DNA of 61,881 nt, the filler included, from Piptocephalis cylindrospora (lineage: Eukaryota), in assembly GCA_003614145.1 (NCBI GenBank). It is 22 parts of 22 records of this genome, joined end to end, with 100 filler letters (N's around TTAATTAATTAA, not from the genome) between each part and the next. Parts side by side here need not be neighbours in the genome. Positions count along the whole stretch, not along the records: positions 11,405 to 14,146 come from KZ988865.1; positions 14,247 to 16,983 come from KZ988866.1; positions 17,084 to 19,820 come from KZ988867.1; positions 19,921 to 22,654 come from KZ988868.1; positions 22,755 to 25,484 come from KZ988869.1; 17 more parts are not named here. One strand, written 5' to 3'. Below the pieces are notes generated by a model that made no database searches, was not told the origin of the DNA, and saw nothing but the letters and a program-made list of their open reading frames with translations. Both the position numbers and the translations under genes were made by a program. Shown here in pieces: positions 12,704 through 25,584 of the stretch (positions are counted from its first letter, which is position 1; each line of letters opens with the position of its first letter).

Positions 12704-13240
12704 TCAAGGATCCTCCTCGTAGACCTCATAACGCTCAGCCTTGACCTCCTCCTGGAACTTGTCCTTGACCGTGTCACACACCTCCATCAGCTGGTCAAGA
12801 CCAGTGTGAAGGGCCTCGACGGCCGTGGTCTTTTCCGAGGTTTGAACACGCAGGTGAACCTTGGCCTCGAAAGGATCAGGAACCGAGTATCCACAGAATT
12901 CAACTTCAGGACTGGAGGAGAGATGGGAGATGATGGGCTGGTTAGAGGGGGGGGGTGGGTCTCCTGACCCAGCAGAGGGAAAGAGCACCTACTTTTTCAT
13001 CAAGATCCATCGAAGGACATTTCCAAGGGTATGATCCTCCTCAAAGAGACAAAAGGTCACGGCAGTTGGGTCCATTCCACGACCACCACCAGCTGCCAGC
13101 TACGTGAGGGAGGAGAGGTGAGAGGAGAGAAGAGGGACCAAATCAGGCCTAAACACCACAAAAGAAAGACGCACCATCTCAATCTTGAGTCCCTCCAATT
13201 CGGGGACAGCCACAACCTTGTCTGGCTCTTGCAGGGACAT
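12704..13240 (-). CDS. RPC19: RNA polymerase I/III shared subunit AC19 (exons 13240-13175, 13099-12993, 12911-12704)
   Basis: Spliced product contains TFCLFEEDHTLGNVLRWILMKNPEVEFCGYSVPDPFEAKVHLRVQT, the Rpb11/AC19 signature. Both introns are GT-AG and in phase. Confidence 0.93.
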
Positions 13241-13745
13241 GATGAGAAATAGGAGAAGGGGTAGGGAGACGAGGAGGAAGGAAGGAAGGAGCAAAGAGGA
13301 TCTCGGATGCTCGCCCTCGAGAAGGAAAAGGACAATTTGGATGGGTTTGTGTTGGGATCGTGTTGAATAAAAAAGAGTAAAAGTTCGATATATGAGATCC
13401 ACCCGTCCTCTCCCTCTCCCTCTCCCTCTCCCCATACCAGTGCACACCAAGGGCCCAGATGGATGTTGAAAACAGACCAATTTTGCGTCGTATTTCATCA
13501 TATATTGGAATCGCGAATGAGATAAAAATAACTTGAAAAGCGCACATCATTTTAAAACACCAGATGCCTTGAAAGGGAAAAAACGCGAGAAAGCACCCTC
13601 CCTCTCAATCAACACTACTTTGGGTTTGGACTGCAATAGGAGAGAAGCCGCATCCATCAAGTCATTTTAAGGGTGGCTGTGCATCCCTGGTGCAAAGACA
13701 GCTTCACCTTCCTGACCCATTCCTCCTCCTCCTCCTTGATACATC

Positions 13746-14014
13746 ATGTCTCTTTTGACCCGATCGGCCCTCTTCCCCTCCCTTGGACGTGCCTACACCA
13801 CAGAGGGTAAGCCCTTTCTCGAGGGAGACAACCCCCTACCCGTCCAGACTGACCCGTGCCCCCTGCTCTAGCTGTCAAAGAAGCCCTTCCCCTCTCCAAG
13901 CTGCCCTACTATGTGAAAAGGACCACGAACCGCATGCTACCCGTGTACAGTGAAATCCGAAATAGCGGCACGAGGAAACTGACCATTATCCGACGGATCG
14001 AAGGGGATAGTCAG
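13746..14014 (+). CDS. IMG2: Mitochondrial ribosomal protein mL49/Img2 (exons 13746-13806, 13872-14014; 3' truncated)
   Basis: Presequence MSLLTRSALFPSLGRAY, intron 13807-13871, then LPYYVKRTTNRMLPVYSEIRNSGTRKLTIIRRIEGD, which matches the Img2/L49 motif. Confidence 0.88.
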
Positions 14015-14246
14015 GTAGGGCAAGGAGGGGGGGGGGGGGGGGGGGGGGGAGGGGGAAAATGTAATCTTTCCCCAACACCCCGGCCCCCCCTCTATAACTA
14101 AAAAAACCCCAAGAGAATTTTTAAAAACCCTTAAAAGAGACCCCAANNNNNNNNNNNNNNNNNNNNNNNNNNNNNNNNNNNNNNNNNNNNTTAATTAATT
14201 AANNNNNNNNNNNNNNNNNNNNNNNNNNNNNNNNNNNNNNNNNNNN

Positions 14247-14878
14247 CGACGGCTTGGCAAAGATGGCACCCTTGTGTGGCCCGTCGAGGAAGCTGCGTTT
14301 CCATGGGATATGCTGCACGGTGTTTTTGGATCCGAGGCCATCATCGTGGGCAGCGAGTTGGTACGGGATGGACTGGATGAGGCTGGGTCCTCCTCATCAG
14401 CTACGGCATATGCCTGGATAATACTGTCGATGTCCCTGGCTACTCGCTCCCGGCAGCGGCGCTTCAGGACCTCTCCCAGTACGCATAGGACAATGAGAAG
14501 TAGGATACTAACGGCGCCGATAGGGAGGATAAAGTAAGGAAAGTTATGGCGGGCTTCCGAAGGATACGAGTCCCCCACCGAGTTTGCGCTTGTCTCCGTG
14601 GGGGTCAGGAGAGTTGGGGAAAATTCGAGTTTGGACGGAACGTTATGACGGGCATCCGAAGGATCCAAGTCCCTCGCCGAGTTTGCGCTTGTTTCCGTAG
14701 GGGACAGGGTGTTAGAGGAAAAGTCAAATTCAAATGGAAAGTCCTCCGATGGAATGGGTGAAGGGTTTCCGAATTGGTCATCTCTAGCCGCTTCAGAGGA
14801 ATTAGGAATGAAAGAGACGGTGGGATCAAGTGAATCATGGATCTTAATTGGGATGGCGGCCAGCGCAGGCAGAGACAT
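14247..14878 (-). CDS. Orphan single-pass membrane protein with internal 33-aa repeat (3' truncated)
   Basis: Ser/Pro/Thr-rich N-terminal region with two copies of PTETSANS..D..PS.ARHN (99-nt period, 14543-14604 and 14642-14703). One TM helix, FILPIGAVSILLLIVLCVLG, followed by basic KRRCRER. Confidence 0.6.
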
Positions 14879-16928
14879 GATAATGCCAGGAAGATAGGAT
14901 GGGATGGGATGGGATGAGATGAGATGAGATGAGGTAGGGTGGGATGGAATAGAATAGGATGGGATGAGATGGTCGTGAGAAGCCGAGGTGAGGAAGCGCA
15001 ACGAGCGTATGTTGTGGATAAGAGGAGGGAGTCAAAAGGTGCCGATGGATGCGGAAGGAAATGAACAAGGATCTTTTAGGAAAAGGGGAAGAGGAGGAAA
15101 TACGGACGAAAATATCAACATTTTTCAACTTTCCCCAGGAGTAGGGCGATGAAACGCTTTAGTAGGGATTTGGACAGCCTTCATGAGTGCTCAGATTACC
15201 ATTTGCCAAGTCAAGGTTGGATATACTGTCATCGGAAGTTCCATATCGGTCACATGGATGGACAATGTTTTGCTATGACTTGACGTGAAGGGGGCCACGT
15301 CCGGGACATCTCTGCCACTTTTCCCTTCTATACGTCGTCAAGAGGGCCCTTTTCCATGGACTCATCATGGGGACTAGATGTCCGGGGCGGGCACAGGTCG
15401 AGAGAGGTGCTCAGATAAGCGCAGGAACATGAGTCTGTCTATCCTTCTTCCTTGTCTACTCTAGTCTTACACCATCGTCGACGAGCCTCAAGTGAGATGA
15501 AATTGGATGAGCATGCCTATTAATGCAAATGGGTGATCGCGTAGGATAGTCATTTATCGAGTGTGTTGGCCATTGCACTATTTGCTATCAGCAAGGAATG
15601 AACCGGCATGCAAGGGTATTTATTCCCTATTCCCACTTATCCAAGGCAGATTATCCCATGAACTTTCCAGATCGCTCCAAAAACCATCGAATCTATCGTC
15701 GAGATGATGGGGACTGGCGGGCTCCCTCTGTCCCTCGTCACGTTCATCCCAATGAAATTAGCCCCCTGGGTTGGTACATTACTGAACACGATGCAATCGA
15801 TACCTCCATATCGCATTCATGCCCTGAATCTCGAAGATCGCCTCCGATACCAGAAGAGGCAGGGGGGGATGGAATCGAACTAGTGGTGGAGAAAGAGGAG
15901 CACTCCTCGACCGACTGGTCATCCCCCCTCCATCATTCCTCCTCATAGTCTCAGGTGATGCAGCGACGACAGAGATATTTCCCCCCTCCATTGTGTTTAA
16001 TTTTTGGCTTATCCTTTTCTTTTTAATTCCCCCTTCTCTCCTGATCAGTCTCAGTGGGTCGTTGAGCGATGCCTGTGCTGTTGACCAACAGCGACGCCCT
16101 CCTCATCTCTTCTTTCAATGCTGCCTCTGGCATGCATCTGTCTTTTACCCCTTAAATGTACGGTAAGATAGAATACGTACATACCTCCTCCTGTTGGTCG
16201 TCATTGCCCATGTCCATCCCAGTAGCCATTTCATGCAGGCCTACAAATCATCCTTCCACAGTTCCGCCACAGGATACTCTCTCCCTGCTCGGGACATTGT
16301 TCGACCGTTAGCCCCTGTAACAAACTGCTCGTCGATGAATCCCACGCAATACTCAGCTTCAACATCGCGTTCTCCTAACGCTTAAAACCACACGCACCGA
16401 ACGGCTACACGCATTGTCGTTCAGCAAGGCCTCTCTTCTTTTCTCTCAGACTGATCGGCGGAGTACCAAGTCGTTTCATCCCCCGTTCATTGTGGCACTG
16501 TCAGCGTAGCCTGCTGTTCTAGGCGCTCTCCTACTAGGGCCGCCTGTATCTCCCTCCTCCACCAAAGTCCTCACTCCGCTCCGCTCCGCCCCACTTCTCT
16601 CTCTCTTCCTCATCCCTCCCGCATCTCATTCGGCTATGCAATGCGCCAGCACTGAGTGGTGCAGAACCGCTTGGCCTCTGGAAGTGATTGCCATTGGAGT
16701 CCCTGCCCCTCCCTCATCTCGCCCTGTCTGGCCAAGTGCCAGCGGTCCCTCAATCCCAATCTCAATTCATCCTCTTCACCCCCCCTCCCTATCGCTATTT
16801 GGGATGCACATGCGCTCATGGCAAAGGGAGAAGGGATGGGAGGTCAAAATGACACGATTCTCTTTCCCTTGCGCTCTCTGTCCCATTTCCTTCCTCATCC
16901 ACTCTTCCTCCTTACCTCCATCATACCC

Positions 16929-16983
16929 TCATCCCCCGTTCATTGTGGCACTGTCAGCGTAGCCTGCTGTTCTAGGCGCTCTC
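16929..16983 (+). repeat. Exact 55-nt contig-terminal direct copy of 16476-16530
   Basis: TCATCCCCCG...AGGCGCTCTC is identical at both positions and ends exactly at the contig end. Confidence 0.95.
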
Positions 16984-17195
16984 NNNNNNNNNNNNNNNNN
17001 NNNNNNNNNNNNNNNNNNNNNNNNNNNTTAATTAATTAANNNNNNNNNNNNNNNNNNNNNNNNNNNNNNNNNNNNNNNNNNNNAGGTAAGCGTACGTCGT
17101 AGCGATTGAAAACGAAGGAAAAAGAGAGAGAGAGGGGGGAGAGGGAGAGAAAGAAAGAGAAAGAGAAAGAAAGAGAAAGAAAGAGAGGAACTCAC

Positions 17196-17317
17196 CATCC
17201 AAGATGCCAAATTCCATTACCAAAGGAAACGACCGATCCATCCTCAATGAGCTTTTGACAGCCCGTACAATAGGCCTCCTCGTTCTGCACCTCCGGGGTC
17301 AGAGTCGGGGAGTGCAT
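17196..17317 (-). CDS. First exon of a LIM-domain protein, probably an Rga-type Rho-GAP (truncated)
   Basis: MHSPTLTPEVQNEEAYCTGCQKLIEDGSVVSFGNGIWHLG+TG|gtgagt gives the LIM start CxxC...WHxxC. The intron runs to the contig end. Rho-GAP identity is inferred from the N-terminal LIM position. Confidence 0.75.
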
Positions 17318-18489
17318 GACGCAAGAGGTGAAGAGAAGGAAATTTTAAACCGCTGTATGGTAAGGAAGAAAAGGATGTAGACCAAGGAAAGGGAAGGAGA
17401 GGAAAGGAACACAAAGGCTCGTTAGGTCAACGAGAAATAGGAGAAAAGGAGGGAGGGGCGGCTAATGAAAAACCAAAGAAGAGGCGCGAAAGATGTAAAG
17501 GGAAGAGAAGGGAGGGGAGATAAGAAGAAGGGAAAGAAGGGGGATGGTGAATGTGGGTGGGAGGGAAGGAAAGGGTCGAAGTTCGGGATATGAGGGTGTG
17601 GAAGGCGAGGGAGTGAGCGTGTGAGGAGCCTGGTGAGTGGGGACAGTAGTGGCCATAGGGGAAGGGGGTTGCTTGAGAGCTGGGTGGGGTTTAGGCTGGG
17701 TGTCTGGTGGTGTGGGCCGTGGTGATGACTCGCCAGTGTGAGCGATTAGGGAGGTCAAGACGAAGAGGAGGGCTGAAACAGCTGAGTAGGCGCAGAATGT
17801 GGAAAGACGAGTAAGCGAGACTCCTCAGTGTTGTATGGTTGTGTCTGTGGGCAGACTGGTGCGCTGCGGACGGGCGACGTCTGCTTCAGTATAAGAAAGC
17901 CAAGATAGGGGATGCTATATGCGTTACCCTTGGCCAAGTCAAGACTAGCAATGTCTAGAAAAGAAAGCCAAGGCGGCTGTGGGATAGTACGACAAGAATT
18001 GTGGTCTGATCTTGGGCGGTCCCCTTCAGATACCTTTCCATTTCCTTTATCAATTCAACCTAGGGAAGGCGGCTCAGAGGTCACTTGAAGACAAACAATG
18101 AAGGGTTGTGTACTTGTCATTATATAATGAAAAAGTAGATGAGCAGAATGAGCCGACCAAGAATGCCCTTTCATGATCAGATCGCCTACGAGGTGAGGCG
18201 AACAAGTGTGGACGCGTATCCAGCAAACGTAAATGCATATCGAGCAAGAGATATACTATGGCCCCTCTACACGGACCAAACACCATGCGTCACTACCAAG
18301 GTACGGCTATGGTCTAAATCATTTGATTAGGATGGGGCGGTGACTGAAGTACATCCTAGACGGAGATTAGGATGTCTGGCCCAATGTGGAAGTAGGACGC
18401 GCGGTGAACCAGTATCGCGTCTCACTAGTCTTTGATGCTACCTTCTTTTCTTTCCATCTTCACTTATCTTCAGTCCCCTCCTCTTCACA

Positions 18490-19652
18490 ATGGCCACTCC
18501 TCTTGTTCACCGGGTCGCCCGTACCATGGGCCGCTATGCACCCCTCTCCCTGGCTGAGACGTCTTGGGATAATGTTGGCACCCTGTTAGGTAAGTACCGG
18601 TGGGAACCACAAGCGGCTACCCTTGCCTACCTCTCTTCACTCACACCTCGTCCTCAACCTTTGACTGCAGAACCCCCAAAGCCACGTAAGGGCAATCGGA
18701 TTCTCCTGACTATCGACTTGTCCGCCCCAGTCCTTGCCGAGGCTTTGGCTGATGAACAAGTCAGCGTCATCCTCGCCTACCACCCCGCCATCTTCCGGGG
18801 AATCAAGCGCTTTTCCTTGTCGGATCATACCCAAAGGACGGTGCTGGAGTGCGCCGCCGCTGGTATTGGCATTTACTCCCCCCACACTTCTTTGGATGCG
18901 TGTGAGGGAGGCATTAATGACTGGTTAGCACAAGGCTGCGGCTCCGGGACCGTGGAGCCCATCACCCCTGCAGACAACCCTCCAGAAGGTAATTTTTTAT
19001 TTTGGAAGCATGAAACAGTATATAAACACATCTTGCCACTTCACTAACAACAACGGTGTCATTACCGGAGGGGACAAATATCAGGACAAAGCAAAGCTGG
19101 ATCTGGCAGGACTCTGGTGCTGGACAAGCCCATTCCCTTGACCGATCTAGTCAATCGGGTCAAGAAACACCTCCGATTGGAACACCTACGCCTTGCCTCC
19201 TATACTCCCGAGAAACCTGTTCATTCCATTGCCATCTGCGCTGGCTCAGGTAAGGAAGGGATCATGGGTCAAAGCAGATCATGCACTCATCCTTTATCCC
19301 ATTGACATCCTTAACCGCTCACTAAAAAGGGGCCTCCATGCTTGGGGGCGTCAAGGCTGATGTGTATCTGACCGGGGAAATGTCTCATCATGAGGTCCTC
19401 GCAGCTCTTCATTCGGATACCTCAGTCATCCTTTGTAAGTTGGGCGGTATGGGATAATTAATTACACACCGTATCATATCTAGCTCACCCGTAAACCCAC
19501 ATCCATACTCAGGCGAGCACAGTAATTCGGAGAGAGGATTCCTTAGCCAAGTCCTTCAGCCCTACCTGCAAAAGGCCTTTGAGAAGGAGGGACAGGAACC
19601 TGTGGATGTGGTGGTGAGCAAAGTGGACAGGGACCCTCTGTGTGTTGTCTGA
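18490..19652 (+). CDS. NIF3: NIF3/DUF34 family protein (exons 18490-18589, 18671-18988, 19085-19249, 19330-19434, 19513-19652)
   Basis: APLSLAETSWDNVG, LLTIDL, AYHPAIF, YSPHTSLD, GINDWL, AICAGSG, TGEMSHHEVL and EHSNSERGFL motifs. Four GT-AG introns, all in phase. Confidence 0.95.
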
Positions 19653-19767
19653 TCAGATTACTCTTTCCTCCTCTCCGAAAAATGGATATGTTATGTTGGG
19701 GGTGCCGTCACGGTATTTTCTAATACCCTCATGAATTGGATGGAAAAACCAAAAAAAATACATCGGA

Positions 19768-19820
19768 CGCTCCCGGGTGGGATCGAACCACCAACCTCCT
19801 GATTAACAGTCAGACGCGCT
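19768..19820 (-). tRNA. tRNA-Asn(GTT), 5' end cut by contig end
   Basis: Minus strand has the anticodon arm TCTGA-CTGTTAA-TCAGG, T arm GGTGGTTCGATCCCACC and acceptor 3' half CGGGAGCG, followed by a T8 Pol III terminator (A-run 19751-19758 on +). Confidence 0.93.
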
Positions 19821-19920
19821 NNNNNNNNNNNNNNNNNNNNNNNNNNNNNNNNNNNNNNNNNNNNTTAATTAATTAANNNNNNNNNNNNNNNNNNNNNNNN
19901 NNNNNNNNNNNNNNNNNNNN

Positions 19921-22596
19921 AAAGAAATAATTAAGGATGAGAAAGGGAAGAGTATCCAATGGAAACATCATTATACCATTTGGGCAACATCCCTAAGGGA
20001 TGGATCGGAGGCTTGAGTGGCCCAAGGGAGCAGAGGATCATATCCCGGTTGTTGACATTCAAGGTGAAGACTGAGGCTCCCTAGGGTAAACCCTTAAAAG
20101 AAGAGTGCCGAGGGTAAGTTTACATAGGGCTATAATCTCTCTGGATCCGATGAGTTTACCTTGATCTTCATCCCTGGGCAGGTTAGAGACTTTGGATGAT
20201 CCTTGAACAAAGAGTAGATCCTTGACCAAATCCCTCTCCTTAGTCCCCTCCCCCTGCCCTTCCTCCACACCCAAAATTATACGGGATATTTGTTGGTAGA
20301 AGCGAAGGCGATCCCTCAGGACAGCATCCTCATCGTACCTAGCCAGCTCCAGGGCAGCCATGAGTAACTCACCGCGCAGATTATCCCCGGGGCTAGACCA
20401 TACTCTACGGAGAGTGAGAAGGAGTATGGCTTCCTTGTCTATCCTTTCCTAATGAGACGGGGGAAAAAGTAAGATGCATTGTCGTAGGTCTCCAGAGCGA
20501 CGGCTAGGCTTACAAGATGAGAAAATTCTAGGACGGTTAATCGAATGACCTCATCCTTGGCCTTTTCTTGCAGCTCCCCAATGGGGTGCCAAGGTAGACC
20601 AAGAAGGTCAAGTAGAGAGTGTGTCTTTCCCCTTGGGTTGGAACCCCTCAGGATGGGAAAGGTACGGAGGAGGATGGTGAGGATGGGGGAGGTAAGACTA
20701 TCTGGGGCAAGAGAGAGGAGGCGATGGGCCAGATGGGCTATACCATCCAAGGTAATCTCCAATGCCATTACCCTCTCTTCTCTCCCGTGTCCTCCTAGGA
20801 GTATAATTTGTGTTAGAGAATGTACTGAATAGAGGTATGAGTGAGGGAAAGAGAACCCACCTTTTCCTGGAAACCCGGAAAGAGACCGAGAATGGAGTTG
20901 AACTAGATGAACCAAGGCAGAAAGTCCCATGCGCATATGACGAGGATCATCATGAAGCAGGGACCATTGAACCAAAATCTTACTGCCAATGATAGAGGTG
21001 GGTAAACGGGAGGAAAGAAGGGTCGTGCGGACTTCCTCAAGGAATTCCTCAGTATGGGCCTCGGCTCTCTCGAGTCCCATGGCATTGAAGGAGGAAAGAA
21101 TAATGCTAAACTTGAGTCGTAGTACCTCCTCCATTTCCCCTGGATAAGGGTAGAATCTGGATAGGTGAGGATAAAAGAGATGCTAAGAGGGAGAAAGATA
21201 AAAAGATAAAGGGTGTGTGTGCGAGAACGTATGATAAGTTAATAAAAGCGAATGAGGGATCACAGGGGAGTAAGGGCAAGATTACGTACTGGCGATTCGT
21301 TGGCAATGAGAAGAATATTGCGTAGGACCATAGTCTGAGATTCCTCTTCTCCATCCAGGAGACGAAGTAAGGGACGCGAGATGAGGGCTTGGTGAGACGA
21401 AGAACCCAGATAGTAGAGGAGTCCGGCAGCAGCCATGACAACTCCGGCATTTTGGCTGTGAAGTAGGGGAGCAGTGGATTTGAGAAGGAGAAGAAGATCG
21501 GGGGAAATGCTCAATCCAGAGGATGAGGAGGGAGGGGGTGATGTGATAGAAGCGGGAGCGGAATCTTGTAAAAAATCCTCTAGATCCTGGTTGGAGAGTT
21601 TTGACGGCTGGAGGGAGGGATCTTGACGATTCAAAGTATCCTTTGGCCGGGTAAACTGGGTTCTACATTCTCATTCAAAGAGGGAGATGAGTGTGTAATG
21701 AGAGGAGGAAGCTGCTTCACCTCCATGAAATACCTTCCGTAGGAGCGGAGAAGCTCGAGAATGGCTACTTGACCGGCTGGATCGGTGTCGACCAAGGCAT
21801 GACAAAGTTTACGAAAGTAGGGATGGATCAAACGAGTGGGGTAAGAAAGACGCATTTCCCGTAGGACGACCACTGATGCGCCGAGAACCAAGGGAGACCG
21901 GTCATTGAGGAGAAGTTCCAAGATGCCAACAAGGACAGTTTCCTGGGAGTGGTCAAATTGATAGGTCTTGATGATGGCATAAGCGGCGGACTTTCGGACG
22001 TAAGGAGATATGTCTGTGGCGCCCTGTCGAATGCCCATGATGACCAGATGAGTGATAAGGGGGACACATATACCAGAGAGGACGCGAAGGGCCATGGCAC
22101 GGATGAAGGGATTGGGATGTTGAAGGTCCTTCTGAAAGGTATTGATAGAGAGGAGGGCCAAGTCGGGTTCGGCCTCTGCATACTTTAGGAGATACATGTA
22201 GACAAGTCGACATACATCCAAGGATTTGGAGGCAACAAGCTTCACCACGCTTGGAAAGACTGATTGCATATTGATGCCTCTTGAAATGGCCTAGAGTCGG
22301 AGGGAGGACGTGGGGATGGGATGGATGAGATGGGGCCGGAAATGAGACGAAATGGATAGCTCCCTTACCGCAATGATCCGCTTCAGAGCATCCAGTTGCT
22401 GAGAGGTAGAGCCGGATTCTAGGGCCGAGCGTAGCTCGGGGATCTTTTGAGCCTGCTCAGGGGCATCAAGATACTTGGCCGAGGATGCGTCGGAAGCCAG
22501 GACTCGGGTACGATCGGCCAGGGAGGTGGAAAGCCGGGTGGTGAGCCTTGTAGCGGTTTGGGCCAAAGAGGCAGCTCTAGCAAAGTAGTCTGACAT
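19921..22596 (-). CDS. APL6: AP-3 adaptor complex beta subunit (multi-exon, 3' truncated)
   Basis: Adaptin N domain FPSVVKLVAS...RLVYMYLLKYAEAEPDLALLSINTFQKDLQHPNPFIRAMALRVLSGI, plus DLLLLLKSTAPLLHSQNAGVVMA and LARYDEDAVLRDRLRF motifs, split over several ORFs by introns. Confidence 0.9.
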
Positions 22597-22754
22597 GGTA
22601 AGCGGATAGTGAGGGGAGTGGGATAAAGGGGGAGGAGAGGTTGACGCGCTTTCANNNNNNNNNNNNNNNNNNNNNNNNNNNNNNNNNNNNNNNNNNNNTT
22701 AATTAATTAANNNNNNNNNNNNNNNNNNNNNNNNNNNNNNNNNNNNNNNNNNNN

Positions 22755-25429
22755 AGGCAAAACCCACCCTCTCCCCACGGGCCCTTGCCTCACATTTGGG
22801 GAGGGGGAAGCAGCCATTACAGTGCAAGTACTTCACCTCATTTATCAGGATCGCTCTCTCTACCTGACGGGGAGAACCTCGTGTCAAATGCTGGTAACCT
22901 TATTGGTAGGATGCATGAATGCTTTAGGCTGGGATGCGTCCTTTTACCGCTCAAGACATCCTGAGCTATTTTCATGCTCTGATGACTTGGTTAAAGGTAC
23001 GTTTTGCTATATCCAGGTTTAATACCACTAATACTAAAAACCGTCTTTTTGTTTTGAAAAGAGATATAAGCGGAATACACTAATGCTCGCTTCTTTCCCT
23101 TTTCCCATGCTTATGACTACAATAGTGACGAATCCGCCGTTCATCCTGGTAGACATCCTGGAATGGTTGCAGCAGCATTATGGAAAGAGGAATCACCGAC
23201 CTACCCGCACATCTACTCCCATTATTGGCTCATTTCCATTTCTAGAGACACTTCATCTATCTGGGCATGTACATCCGTATTCCGCCTATATGGTTCATCC
23301 GACTCCTCGTCTGTCTCGCATAGTCTCCTTAACACTTTCCAGCTCACACTCAGACCCCTTCGTACAAAGAACCATGGACGAACGGTGGGCCCTGAAGGAT
23401 ATGTGGTCCTTCCCTCCTGCTCTCTATGGGTATTTTCTAGACGCCTATCGATCTGCTCTTTTCAAGGAAGATCATAATGGAACCTGTGAAAAAAAAGGTG
23501 ATCGAGCCCAAGGGAGGATGCTGCCCAGACTTTTGCCTGTCCCTCCTGGTAAGTCCAATGGGTCTGGAGAGAGTGAGTAAGAGTTCTTTAGTTGGGATCT
23601 CATGTGCTATTTCACATTAGAAAACGTGCTGAACGCCTCCTGCTACGATGTTCCCAAATCTATGGCGCCTCCTCAGGTAATATGCAAATGAAGAGCGAGA
23701 GGGAAGCGTAAATGGCTTTACTTGGCCGTATACTTACATTATCTTGAGAATATACGGGCCACTCCTCTCACATTCGCTCTTTCTTGCCCTGAGTAGGATG
23801 ACCATCTGAGTCAAACAATAACCGGGGTCCTCCCCAATGCGAAAACCCTTGCTCAGACAAAACCTGGTCCGACCAACTTTACTCATGAGCATACCCGTAC
23901 ATTGGATGGAACTGAGATATGGGACAATGCCACGGCCCTTGGGAGGTTTCCCTCGGATCGTCGTATTCAGGAAGCCCGAAGATTACTGCAATCATCCCGC
24001 CCTACCCTTTTTCTTCCATTTGCCTCTGGAGAAGATGGGAAAGTCTCTGGCCAAGGCCAGGCTGAGTAAGTCACTTAAATCCCCCCCTTTTTCCCTAACT
24101 ACCATGCACCTTCTAAAAAAGTTACCTCCAATATTGTCCCCGTGCAGAGCTGAAACTGAAGAAGCCAGGGAAATTCAATTGATGAGGGAGCGAAAGGAAA
24201 GAATGAACGCTCTGGAGATTCGCATCCTTTCTGTGGGCCCAGGAAGAGCTTTGCTCATCCGGGAAACCTGCCCTCTCAAACTCCTTGGTTCCTCATCCAG
24301 ACGTTTCCCCATCCCTAGACTTTGTATCTCCGCCTTTGATTTATCCCTTCGTCCCCAGATTGATCGGACCTTGCCTTCCCCTCTCGCCTTCCCCTTACCT
24401 CAGGATCCTTTCCCAGCCATGGCGGGAGGGGACCTCCCATTGGATGTAGATGAAGAGGTAGATTTTAATGCCAGGTTTCACGCCGGTGTCGCTTCTGCCT
24501 TGAGTATTCAAGAGGATATGGGTTCTCAGGATGTGCAATCCAAGCGAGGAAGGATTGATGAGGCTTGGCTGCTTCGGCATGAGCCCAAAGGTGAAAATAT
24601 TCGGCCCGAGGACGCAGGGTTTTGGTTTGGTCTGGGTCTAGCTGGGTACCTTCGGGATCGAATGGTCCCATGGCAAATCAAGCGTATCCTCCCACAGCCC
24701 TCAGAGCATTTACGTGCCTCCCTCATCCTCGGCCTATCCCTATCCTACATGGGGACTCGGGATGAAGTGGCGACAGAGACTGTCATGGCTAGCCTTCCTG
24801 AGATGGAGGTGGAGGAGACTGGCCATACAGTTCACCCTAACCTTGTAACAGTCAATGCAGTCCTAGGTCTAGGATTACTGTATGCTCGGTCTGGAAGAAG
24901 GCAGTATGTCCAAACAATGATTGAACGAATTGGTGGGAGATGGGGTGCTGTAGGCCCTGATGGTGTGGAGTCCCGTGCGTGGAATGGTTCCAATGGCATG
25001 GTGGAGGTGAGCCGGGGAAGAGGTCTGGAGAAGCCGGAGAGGACCCTGTGGACAATTAGGCCCAAGGAAACGGGAATGGGTATATCTAAGGCCTCCCATA
25101 TCCTTCCTGATCCAGTATCCGGTGTGGAAAAATCACTTTCTTTACTCAACCGTCGACTAGGAGAGCGAGCTGGGGATTTTATCTGGGGGGACAGGTACTC
25201 TGGACGTGATCGAGGTGCAACTAGGACCACTTTGGATCTGTGGCAGGAAGGAGGCATGGAGGGGGAGGATGGACCGATGAGTAGTGCAGGGGCGAGTGGA
25301 AGTATGAGAGAGAGAAACACCTTGATTGGTGCTGGGAGTATTGGGAAGCCCCTTCACATTGGTTTGCGGGAGGAGGCTAGTTCTCTGGCTGCTGGATTTT
25401 CCCTTGCTCTCCTGCTCCTTGGTGGCTTG
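22755..25429 (+). CDS. APC1: Anaphase-promoting complex subunit 1, internal fragment (multi-exon)
   Basis: DGTE...RFPSDRRIQEARRLLQSSRP (alternative frame near 23915-24005), RILSVGPGRALL, FHAGVASAL, AGFWFGLGLAGYL, LILGLSLSYMGT, AVLGLGLLY and AAGFSLALLLLG match the Apc1 PC repeats. 5' exon structure uncertain. Confidence 0.85.
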
Positions 25430-25484
25430 AAGGAAACGGGAATGGGTATATCTAAGGCCTCCCATATCCTTCCTGATCCAGTAT
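25430..25484 (+). repeat. Exact 55-nt contig-terminal direct copy of 25064-25118
   Basis: Gives the duplicated peptide KETGMGISKASHILPDPV at the end of the ORF. Confidence 0.95.
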
Positions 25485-25584
25485 NNNNNNNNNNNNNNNN
25501 NNNNNNNNNNNNNNNNNNNNNNNNNNNNTTAATTAATTAANNNNNNNNNNNNNNNNNNNNNNNNNNNNNNNNNNNNNNNNNNNN

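Noticed and set aside
14025..14146. Poly-G tracts followed by homopolymer-rich sequence (also near 6430, 8335 and 10527) as functional G-quadruplex elements
   Set aside because: Sequence next to these runs looks degraded and often lies beside gaps or contig ends, typical of read-quality loss; no positive evidence of function.
16240..16380. Minus-strand peptide EAEYCVGFIDEQ...GREYPVAELWKD resembling a decayed chromodomain
   Set aside because: Similarity is too weak and short to support without a profile search.
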